Source: Tubiluchus corallicola (taxonomy: Eukaryota > Animalia > Priapulida). Taken from it: 64,000 nt of DNA. Position 1 is the first letter of the stretch. Each line of letters opens with the position of its first letter. Below the pieces are notes generated by a model. The model saw nothing but the letters and a program-made list of their open reading frames with translations, made no database searches and was not told the origin of the DNA. This document shows, in pieces, positions 52,950 to 64,000 of the stretch. Both the position numbers and the translations under genes were made by a program. The stretch spans positions 148,866 through 212,865 of the forward strand of contig JAQGDQ010000400.1 in assembly GCA_030141605.1 (NCBI GenBank), written 5' to 3'.

Positions 52950-53959
52950 GAGCTATGCGAAGAGATCAACATCTATGCACGTTAGATTACAGCTACGCGA
53001 CTTTACAAAGTAACGACGTACAAGCAGTAATAAAATATACACACAGTACATGAACATTTGCTTTAGTATTTCATAATAATTTATATAATAACATAAAGCA
53101 TTTTGAACTATATGCGATATCATCACAATTGTACCAATAAATTCCTTTTACAGATCATTTATACAGCTTTTGGATAATCACAGTCGAGGACTAAAATACT
53201 ATAGTCCATTTGCTTACTTTGTACACCCACTGCTGTAAACCTATTCATTTGCATAACGTCATATTTACAAGTACGGGAAGAAACAAACACAAACTACTGT
53301 GCATATTCAGTACATGTGATGACTGAGAGATAATAGTAAGACGTGTAACTTAGATAACCTGCTTATCACCTTGAATTTGTCATGCAAAGTGCATTGAAGC
53401 CATGCTGTGCACAACAGAATAAGAATCTTACAGAATAAAAAAGAAACCAAGTTCAGTACTTGAAGAACATAAGAAATGTCCATTCTGTGTACAGATAACC
53501 AACTTGCTTGCAAAACCTGAAATCTTCACTGAACGTTACGTTTATTCTCTAGAGGGAAGTTTGCAAGAAGTAAAATTTCTTTACTTACTAATACACAATG
53601 AATACTTAAAATCGTTTATATCAGGCAAACACATGAATTAGGTAGTATAGGTGAGCAAATAAACTGGAGAAAGTTACTTAGAACATGATCAAGCTAACAG
53701 TACAGAGATTCAAATTTCACAAGAATATACAGATTAAAATAAATAATTAACTACAGATCGATAACCAGTTATCACATACTCAAAAACTTGCCTAGCAACA
53801 GTCGTTGCAACTTTTGGGCTTTAACGACTTTTTCGTGAAAGTTAGGCCAAAAATAGACTAGTAAAAGTATGTTGACTAGCTATTCATCAACTAGGGCTTT
53901 ATCGACGTCGACTATGCATTTCTTTATATAACTGGATACTCTGCAAACTAGGACTTAAC

Positions 53960-54444
53960 CAGGGATGAGAATGACAAATTGTAAAAAAACTCTGAAACAG
54001 GTTGGGGGTTTTGAGGCCACCTAGTCCCCCAATGGAGTTCAAGGGGAGCCAGCAACAAATTGCAATTTTGTGACAATAGAGAGCCTCTAAGTGGACTTAA
54101 AAAACAGTTACCTTGTTTCATGCATAATTTAAAATACCCAATTGTCTCAAAAATGCCTAAGTACTGGCCACTCCTATGCAAAAGTATATAAAAACTGTCT
54201 GCAATTGACTCAAATAACTCCACACAATTGATTCTATATTTTTATACATAGAGATATACACGTGGTTACACTGATGTACGTGATGTAAACAAGGTGACGG
54301 CCTGCCAACTAGCAGCCAGCTTGTGAAATAATGTACTGGGTGCGTAAAAATTTTCTCGACAAATTTACGCGATTTACAAAAATGGCACTACTGGTCTTCC
54401 AAAAACTCGGAATTCCGGGTATCCGCGGAAAATTCTCATCCCTG
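53960..54444. mobile_element. hAT-like MITE, copy 2, in the putative 3' UTR of the minus-strand gene
   Basis: 13-bp TIRs and perfect 8-bp TSD gacttaac. Confidence 0.9.
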
Positions 54445-55215
54445 GACTTAACAATCAACAACATGCCGGCTTAATGTCGACAGTTGCAGTAGGACAGGAA
54501 TCTAGCTAATTACCAAAAATTAATCCTCTGAGAGACTGAACTGGCGATGGCGTCTGCATAAAAGTACATCGTGCCTAGACAAAAGACAGTATGGCAAACG
54601 TAAAAGTCCAAAATTAGTTGTCCTAGTGGTAACCCATCCATTTTCTAGCGAGGTTCAATGCTGCCTATTATTATAGCCAAAGACACCAGTTGCAAAACGC
54701 AGTTTTCGTCTCACCCTATATGTTATCTTTGTAAAAAGACTGCTGGCTTTGGTTTCACATAATATTTGATACTTGATTACGACGCATTAGAAGGGCATTA
54801 AATATAGTTAGGTAGGATATGTTCATAAGAATTTAGCTTAATGCATAAAGATGAAATGCAATATAACAATATACAGCAGTACGGGTTTTGTAAAAGGCGT
54901 CTATAGAATCGACACACGAGTTCCAATGCCCATCAGTTTCTGTGATTCCTTTTCGTATTGAATTTCTTTGTGAGATAAAAAATTAAGCTACACACATCAG
55001 TGAATATTAAATAGATTCTGCGACAGAGTTACACAAGTCTTTAGTTTACATAAATACAAAAACTAAAATAAAAGCGCCATCTTGTTTTATCTTGAAAGAC
55101 TTGTCAGCAACGCCATCTGAACAAAGCGGAACTAACTATAAAGTCTGACTCACAACTAGCTCACTATAAATCGCACAGCTGCTCACTATATATACTTTAA
55201 GTATAGTTATTGTGA

Positions 55216-55847
55216 TCACATTCCTGTCGGAGCCATTATGTTCAAATCTGTTCCGGTGATGGCACACCTGCCCTTCGTCTGATTTGATGGCAGTTTCTTC
55301 CTGTGATCAATAAACGGCTCGTTCATGGTTCCCAGTTGCTTTCCCAATTTCTCCGTCAACGACTCCCCTCTTTGCTTCTGAGCTGTCAATTGGGCTAAAC
55401 CAGGTATCCCGAAGAAACTTCTGTACTGGCGATCTTGTGGATCTTTGGCCAATTCGGTTTTGGGGTCGTTTGCCAATACGGCATATTCAACAGCACCTTC
55501 TGCGGCCGCTTGCCAGACCATAGGAGCTAGGGCAGATGAACTGCTTCGTCGGGCAAGCTTAGGTGAACTGCGTGGACTCGAGTGTGGCGAACCGGGCAAT
55601 GACCGTACATGTTTAGAGAACTGCATCACTTCAGAAGTCGGATCAGCAGCCTCCGCATACACGTGCCGTTTCATGCTTCCACCGGAAGCATTTCTTTTTC
55701 TTTCCAATTCAGATTTGAAGCTTTCGTACGGTACAGATCCTCTGAACCATGAAATACCGGTGAGACCAGGAGGTACATTTGATACTGGTGGTTCAGGAGG
55801 AGGCGTAGGCGGAACAGCACTTGTGGGAGAAAACTGAAGTGAAATAT
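55216..55847 (-). CDS. p33MONOX/KIAA1191-like protein, last coding exon
   Basis: tttgtttttcag acceptor, phase 1, 632 nt open to TGA; contains SPHSSPRSSPK and ends DLNIMAPTGM*, recalling the p33MONOX TPHSSPK and C-terminal DLNVLTPTGF motifs as I remember them. Confidence 0.75.
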
Positions 55848-56942
55848 CTGAAAAACAAATGAATTCAGAAGTCTAAGCCTCAAGTCTAGAAGTCACACAA
55901 AAAACACATGTCGCCTATCTGGGGCACATAACAAAAGTTCTTCTGGCACAACATTTATGATGTCAGTTCATAAATTCTTTAAATACTAATTAAGTGGCAT
56001 TTACCTGGCATCAGGAACGCGGATGCAATATGCAAATGCAGGATAGATAAAATCGGTTTGTATTGTTTTCAATGCACCCATTTATGTGTTTTTCTGCAGC
56101 CATTAACTATTATATGGTTTACATGCAGCTATTGCATAAGTGGATAACACATAACGCATTCCGATGCTACATAAACTCTGCTTTAAACCTCTGTTAAATC
56201 CATGCCTTTCCAATATATAAATTTTTGTTTCCAAGTATAATTACATTTATAAAACGGGAATGGGCAAAAATATTTTATATTATAATGCAGGTGTTTTACC
56301 TACTTTGATGTACCACGTATCACCTTACTCTATGAATACAATGTTTTGCTCTTGGGTGTCCTCCTCTTTTACTGCATGTCTCTTATTTCTTTTGGTTTTT
56401 ATTTGGCTGACAAATTTTCACTGTTATGTCATACATGTTAACTAACTAACTTAGCCTAGGTTGTCCTATGCAATTAAGTTCATTTGCTGGTTCCTGCCAT
56501 TTTTATGATGATTTGTTTAAGTGGAATGAGCTGAATTACCAGAGGCTGTTAGTTGTTTGCACCTACCAGACAGCCAGCCTGCTTCATCTTGGCCTACCTG
56601 TACAAGCAGGTATGTCATGGGTAGCATACATCAGTTCTGCAGAAGTGGTGCTGACAAGTCACTGACATAGCATTGTGTTTTTTTGTTGGATTACTGCTGT
56701 GTTTACTTATCTTGAGGGCAGATTTCTTTTATTTTAGAATTCTGCCTGTCCAATGTCTACAATTGACGTAACGAGCATATGATGATGATGATGACATCAG
56801 GTGCTTCCGCTAGCTTACATAACATTATATGCTATTTCTTAAGCCACCTGTCAAATATTCAAAACACCATGGTAGTGATTAATGAGTACTACGTTTTTGA
56901 CCTTTACTAAGAAATAAATGTTAGAATTTACTATTTACGTAC

Positions 56943-57153
56943 CACTGTCCTGTTTCTCAATTGTAAACTTCGGTGATGATTCTAAATCAGCTAGATTTTG
57001 ATAGAGTTTGTGTTTACTCCGTGCCACGGGAACTGTGCATAGAGGAGCGCCTGGAAACACCTGCGGCGGAGAAAACGCTAAATCTTCTTCAATTTCATAC
57101 AAGTTTCGCTTGTGATGGTCGATAGCTTTGGGCTCCGTAGATTTACGCGCCAT
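56943..57153 (-). CDS. p33MONOX/KIAA1191-like protein, first recognised coding exon
   Basis: aagaaaATG, 211 nt, G|gtacgt donor in the phase required by the next exon; MARKSTEP...EEDLAFSPP...KLYQNLADLE (compare p33MONOX LEDPAPMTPPP...KYQHLAKVE). Joined protein 280 aa; an upstream acceptor at 57169-57170 could extend it. Confidence 0.75.
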
Positions 57154-59299
57154 TTTCTTAGTTTCGTACTAGAATCATGACATGTGCATAACAGGCTGGA
57201 AAAGATGTAAAGGCATGTAAGCAAATAAGCATTTTACGTCACCATCACACAAGAATTCAGAATTTTTAATTGATATAAAAAGATCAATTGACATTTTTTC
57301 TGTTGTATTCTTCCTGTTCTGTAAACTAGTTCTGTACACATCAAGCAACCCCCAGACATTGACGGTAACCTCCTCTTAAAAACAATGTGATTACTAATAT
57401 TTGGCTATTATTAACAAGCTAAAATCACTTAGGACTTGTTGCCACTGGCTGGATTTAAAAATCGATAGCATACCTGTAAAATTATATCACCAAATGCTCT
57501 GTCGGGAAGTTAGTCTGATAATTACTTCGCGTTTGATTAACTTGACTTGTCAATATTGCATTGTTCGTCTTCTTGCTCATCTCTCTTTCATAATTTTTTC
57601 ATCTCATTTCCACCTTTTTTAGGCTTGTTAAAACATTAAAATAGCTTAAATTTCCCTCTAATCTTACTGTACTTATTTGCTTCTGAATGACCTTTTACAT
57701 GAATAGTGTCCTAGTTTTCTGTATTTAAGCTGTGTAAGACAGGTCTACCTTGAAAACATTTAGACCTGCGGGCTAGCCAGGCTAATTGTTCCGCTGTGTT
57801 TTAGTATAGTGGTATTTTAGTATTGGTAATAATTATGTTATTTGATTCTGTGATTGTACCTGCTAGTATAGTTATTATAATATAAATTCCTCGTGACTTG
57901 TTAATGATTGCGTTGTTTGATGCTTTGATTGTAAAACCTAACAGGCTTAATAATTGTGCGCAAACTTTAATTCGGTACCAGCTCTCCCCCTATGTCATTG
58001 CCCACATGGTTTAGAAGCAGAGCCTGTAGTTGGCAACGAACGGGCCACTCTCATTGTATTTTTAAATTTCCTAATGTAGTCTGAAGCTATTACACTGCTT
58101 AGAATACAATTTCATGATATGATTACACATTGACAATAGCAACGTTTCTGTACCGTAAAGTGTACAATATTTCTCATGCTGTTGCACAAGTATCAGTGGC
58201 ATAACTATGCACCTACAAACCCTACTGTTGCGGGTGTGCACCCGAATGAAGGCCCCAAGGATGAATGAATTAATTATACTGTGTTTTGGTAGCGGTATTT
58301 GATGCACGGTTATTGAAAACATGATTACAAATTACAACTTTTTTAGAACAGTGAATGAGTATGTAATCGCATCTTATACGAATTGCATTCACTGGTTGCA
58401 TGAAGTAGTTTTGTAAAAAACAAAACTATCTTAAAAAGAGTTGTGCACCCACTTGGGATTTTACTTCTCTATTCCAAGATTATATGTGCTTGCATAACAA
58501 AATCGTCTATAAGTATATTTTGAACAATTTCTTGATATTTTCATGCTAGAATATAAAAGTTTAATATAGTCAACATTTATTTTTATAAAAAAAAACTTGA
58601 CATTTGACCAAATTTTTGGTGCATTCTACATTGACGCATCATAACTTAGTTTTAAGTATGCCGACTTATGGACGATTTTGTTATAATAAGAATAAGAATG
58701 GAATAAGAATGGAGTGCGACTATTAGCTAATCAGTATTCTGCATACCTGTTGTGAGTTTCTAACTATTTTAATTACCTCAATTAAAACACTTTTTAAGCA
58801 CAAAATAAAACTCTCGCTAAAATAAGTTTCTAATTATCTCTAAAACTCTAATATGAACTACATGCAATTTCTTGCAGTTAAGAACTATCACACTGTTTGG
58901 ATTTTTGTACCAATGTTATTAAAAACTGCATTTGAGTATAACTTAGGTAGTCTGTTAAACATTGCATGCATTTTTTTCGCTTAACCATTAATCATTTGGA
59001 AGCTTGCATTTAAAGAATTTTAAACAAAAAGCACCAAATGAAACAAAAATTTCCGATTAGCCTTTAAAAAGAAATGCTCCATTTGAAGTATTTTCAACAA
59101 AAAAGGAAACCAAATGAAATAACATACGTTTTCACAGCTGGGTTCCGTCTAGATCTGGTGGGACACAGTTCCAATGAGGGGCCCTAAGTACACATTTCCT
59201 GGGAGACTGATTACAATGGCCATAATGAGTCACGAAATGAGTTAGACAACATTTAAAATCTTGTATACATTTACAAATCAAAAGCAAAGTACGCGTTAA

Positions 59300-59700
59300 A
59301 GGTAACCTTGCGTTCACCTACACAAGTGATTCAAGGTTATTCAGACCAATTCAAGGGCTTTAAATAACGCACAGCTAAAAAACTAACCGTTTGTCGCAAT
59401 CTCACGCAGCACTTGATGCAGCCATTTATTTCAACATTTCGCCATTGCATTTTTATTTAGTTTTTTTACTGCTTAACAGCCAGTAGCATAAACATACAAC
59501 AATAACTTTCACTTTTTCTGAGACAACAATAACTTTCACTTTTTCTGAGAAAAGCGAAGAAAGTGAAGGGGTCAACCATCAGTTGCATCCGATCGATCAA
59601 TGGCTGTCATTGGCTAGTAGAATTTAGCGCCACCTAGTGAACAGAAATCCAAAAAAGCATATACGGCGATTTATACGCTCATAGAAACCCCGTATTTTTT
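59300..59700 (-). promoter_or_regulatory. Candidate promoter of the minus-strand gene with CTCF-like motif
   Basis: agcgccacctagtga (59626-59640) is the reverse complement of a near-consensus CTCF core; YY1-like GCCAT motifs at ~59420-59445; possible minus-strand donor tag|gtgaac near 59317. Confidence 0.4.
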
Positions 59701-60880
59701 AAAAAGTCCAACTTAAATTTCACTAAGTTTGGCAGACAGGCTATATTCCGCTCTTTCTTTAGACTTAGTCATTCGGATCCGTCATGAGCAGTGGGCAGAG
59801 AACTATACTCCGCTAGCAACTGTTTTCTTTTATTTAATTATGAAGAGCATGGATAAGAATCTTTATACTTAATAATTTTGAATTTAAATTTTGTTCTCTT
59901 CGCCACTGCAAAGACTAATTTTCAGTTAAGAGTTCTATTAATTATTCCCAACTAGTTTAAATTGTATTATTCAGATTACGCTATTCCTTGCTCATTTTAC
60001 TTACTGTCGATACTGCTTTTGCACCGTTTTTGCTTCTGTAGGAACATTGTGCAAATATTATTGCACATTTACAGATCTTCCGTGCCAACTGATCTTTGCT
60101 CGTTTTTTCATTTTAATTGTAGGAGACATTAACTTTCCTCGCAAAAATTAATAATTGCTATGTTAACAATAGCAGCGGGTCCCCCAAGAGAATGTACGGA
60201 AATGTGATGGTGGGAGATTGACTTGAGGCCCTCTCTTTAATTCCTCCTCCCAAGTTTCTTTTGCAGTCTTTTTATAAGTCCACAACTAGGCCATTGTCAA
60301 TTTACTAACAAATTACTGTTAAGTTAATTCGTTAGTTCTTTCTGGCTACAGGTCATGCCGATTCTATCAATGCTATCAACAAAAATATTTTCACCAGTCT
60401 ATGAATTTTTGGGTACCACACGACATCACGTCAGTTCCAGCAGCTTTCTCAACGAATGCCGCTCTTTTAAAAAGCATATTATCATAATTATGTTTTCTAG
60501 TCTCGGATTTGGCAGGTTTGGTAGTATGGCGACTTTAACAGGTTTAACAACGTGACAAGTTAGCAGCGCGGCAGGCGAAATTGGTACTTTTGGCAGTGTG
60601 GCCTTCTTGATTGAAAGGTTTGGCAACTTGGCTGGTCGTGGCAGCTACGTTGGGGTTTAGTGTCTCTTGACTTAAGTATGGTATGTAGGAGAGTAAAGTA
60701 TTAGGGTAGGGTATAGAATGAATGGCTACATACAGAATAAAAGGTTAAACATAAAACAGTTTCATGTAAGGGTAACTTATTGCCACTGGAAGACGATTGG
60801 TCGCAAAAGGCTTAAACTGATTGTGGCTTTTTTTATATACAAACCGAGAAGACCTTGTTCACTTTGGAAACTACTTAAAT

Positions 60881-61245
60881 CAGTGGTTCCCAAACTTTCT
60901 GGGACCGTTACCCAAATCGGGAAACCCGGTCGTCTCCATTACCCCCCACCTAGTACTACTTCTCCAACTCAAAAAGTAAACACACGTATATGCCACAAGC
61001 AAGCAAAATTATTTATGTTTGCTCGTGACATAAATAAATTTCCAGGTGGTGTTGTTGTATTGTTGCCAAAACAAGAATTACAATTATGACACAGTGTTGC
61101 CTGCAGTCTCTTCAAAAAGAAAACTACGTAAAATGCATTCCGAGCGAAGTTTTAAAAATTTTCAGAGGGGTGCCCGTTACCCCCCCCCCCAAAAAAAACC
61201 ATATTACCCCCAGGGGGTAATTTACCCCTAGTTTGGGAACCATTG
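60881..61245. mobile_element. hAT (Charlie-like) MITE
   Basis: TIR CAGTGGTTCCCAAACT...AGTTTGGGAACCATTG with perfect 8-bp TSD acttaaat. Confidence 0.9.
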
Positions 61246-62699
61246 ACTTAAATGAATGTGATAAAAAGGCAGTTATATCTTGGTGGTAATCTGTGAGTGC
61301 TGGATAAACATTGTGCTGTGATTGTATAATTTAATCTCGTTTGTGATTACTTTAATTATTTAGGTTTTGTGTTTTTACTAGTTTATTGTAATTGTATCAT
61401 AAAATATTATTTCATAAGAGAACATAACTTCTTATTAGATTTAAGTAGGCTCTTTAAGTAAATTGTAAAACTCATGTTTTTGCAGCATTGCATAATTGTA
61501 TTTGTTATATTTTGAAATTGTTCTTGTACTTTAATTTTCTTGTAATTTTAATTTTTTGCCATGATACACTATTGCATTTGTTCAATAAAATGAAATAGAA
61601 TTGAATTGATTTGAAATTGAATGTCAGCCTATGTGTTTCGTTTCATTTCCGTTTCTGATTTTCTATTAGTCACTCGTGTTCATTTTCATTTTCTTGTGAA
61701 ACTATCATTTCACAAGAAAATGTAATTATTTGTTTGAAAGTTTTTTGGACTATTGCGCAATAAATTTCTGCAATCTTGCAATAATGTTGTGACACAGGAT
61801 ATCACACATTCTCAGTAAACAGCTATATATTTATATAATAGTAATTTATTAACGTTTACAATGCGGTAACGTTTGCATTGGGAATCATAATGACTAATTT
61901 TTCAGCGTTTTTACTCGATTTGGAAGTTGAAATTGAAGATATCCTTAGCCGTCTAGCCATTTCTCAAGTTATCAAAGTTTAAGTATTAATAATTTCTGTT
62001 ACACGCTGGGTTTTCAAAGTATGTATGCAATACCGAGCTTTCAGTATTTCCAGTTCAACACTGCAAACGTGTCACAGGCTCTGCGTCAGATTCAGGCGTG
62101 ATTGGCATAAGCGTACCATTATAATTCTACGCTGGGAATAGTGTAAGGCCTATGTTTCACTTTAACATCGGCATCTGAGTCGATCTGATATTGTACGGTG
62201 CAGTTAAAGTGTAAGCCATGAAGCGATCGGGTTCTGCTTGTTTCCACGAAGAGTCTGCAAGCCAACGTAAAAGAGTTGCTTTAGAAACATCACAACTGAG
62301 GAGAGGACATATAAAAAGGGCTGGCCCTTTTTTATTAGGTAGGTACTTATTGCTGTCTCTCCAAACCATTTTACCTGTATAATTTTATTTTGACACTGTT
62401 TTTCTCAATTTTTCATATAGCTAGTTTGCAACTGTTTCATGTAATTTTAATAAATATGTGATGATTCGTGTTATTTTTATTCAGTCTATATGAGAAGTGG
62501 GAATTTCGAATAATTTGTTATTCGAAATTTCGAGAAAAACTGAATAATTGACTGCAGTGTCCTGGCTAGTGCATATACCTGTATTTAAGGGCATTTTATG
62601 AGGCCTAATACGAGATCGAAATTCTGATACACAGACTTCCTCATACATGAAAAATGTATCTATACTAAGTCTATTATTACGTGCTGTAGGCACTTTTAT

Positions 62700-62940
62700 G
62701 TACTTAGTATTTTTATCTGTACCTGTTGTAGTTAAAGTAGGTATAGACAGTAGCTATTTACAGTTCAGTGACCAACAAATTTATCTGCCTAAACCAGTTT
62801 CTGTTGTCCGGGATTTATCTAAAATATATGAGAAATTATTGCACAATCAACTTCTTATTTAGTTGAAAAGCAATAATTTACCAAAACAATTCTGACACAG
62901 AAAAAACATCGCTGATGCGATATCATTTGTTACAGAAAAC
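62700..62940 (+). mobile_element. Degenerate CR1/Jockey-group RT fragment
   Basis: KPVSVVRDLSKIYEKLLHNQL resembles the RPIS.L..LSKI.EK.....L RT motif; interrupted by stops. Confidence 0.55.
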
Positions 62941-64000
62941 TAGGCAAATAATCACTGGCCAGTAGTAGCTTAAATTATGGTCAACATTAGATAAAATCAT
63001 GGTGCATCATCTCAAGTGAATGATACATTAACGATCTCTAAATTAAGCATACACTGTGAAAGAGAACATTCACTAATACAATGAGAACAAAAGCAATAGC
63101 AATAATTAATGTCATAAATTAAGCTCATTTTACTTAGTGTTAATACTGTAAAGCTGTAATATGTATGTTTTCACATTAGATAATACCACGAATGCATGCA
63201 ATATGTTGCTGCATGGGGTGATGTTTCAGGAAACATGTAGCCTACCATAGTTATCATACAATACAATCACGGATAAGATTCAATTATTTAATACAAAAAG
63301 ATTTATTTAAAACTATGAATTGTTTGTCACACATAAAATCGAATTTTACCACTGGAACAAAAATGGCGCACACACACTAAACAAAAAACACAATATGCAA
63401 AATCTTCGTGACATAGTTTTACAGTTATCATACAATAAAAGTGTAAAATGTTGTTGAAGATTAACCACAATTGTTGAATTATTAGAAAGATTTACAAGTG
63501 CTTTATACATTGTAAGTATTTTTTGGAAATTGGAGGCCATGCAGTGTTATACATGCCTTGCATGGAAGGATTGCACACCATTGTTTTTCTTATTTTGTTA
63601 CCGAGTACAAGCGTTATGGTACGACCTTTTATACTGTGTGTAAGCAACTCTTGTGAAAAGAATAAGTAATAAAAAGACAAGTACATAAAGTACAAATCTG
63701 CAAATTTGAACTGTTTCAGGTCCTAGACTTGGTAGTTCACCTGTTCGGAGTATAGTGCAATGTTTAGCTAGAAAAGAAAACACAGATGATTTTCGTACTA
63801 TCAAGGTATGCTAGCGTTTGTTAATGTGGTGTTGTGTAATTTGTGAATCTAGTTATTTTTAGGATTTATCTGCATGGTCAGCAATAATCATAAAGTTGAT
63901 TTCTTGCAGTAGCCTATTCAGTCATTAATGTTCTAATCAACCCTCCCCCTCAAGAATGTCTAGTAAGCCCTTTTCAAAGACTAAATTTTTGTCGCCTATG

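Noticed and set aside
55445-55837. 130-aa + strand ORF
   Set aside because: Antisense shadow of the real minus-strand exon.

Overview
AT-rich invertebrate (non-vertebrate metazoan) genomic DNA with three spliced genes. (1) The last two exons of a beta-hexosaminidase (GH20, HEXA/HEXB-like) gene, + strand, 858-2356. (2) A complete Mef2 MADS-box transcription factor gene, + strand. I assembled 8 coding exons from 14779 to 47969 (1293 nt, 430 aa) with consistent GT-AG phases, plus candidate non-coding first exons near 4.5 and 11.3 kb and a ~4.8 kb 3' UTR. (3) A convergent two-exon, 280-aa p33MONOX/KIAA1191-like gene on the - strand, 55216-57153. Introns carry many non-autonomous elements: Tigger/pogo-, hAT-, piggyBac- and Kolobok-like MITEs, tRNA-derived and 5S-like SINEs, LINE remnants and 13-77 bp minisatellites. 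The most unusual structure is an 18 x 67-bp array that multiplies the 5' splice site of the Mef2 MADS/MEF2 exon behind an in-frame stop. Also notable are an inverted MITE pair bracketing the symmetric alpha-type exon and candidate alternative Mef2 3' ends. No CRISPR, rRNA or functional tRNA was seen. All assignments are by-eye recognition without database searches, and repeat boundaries are approximate.
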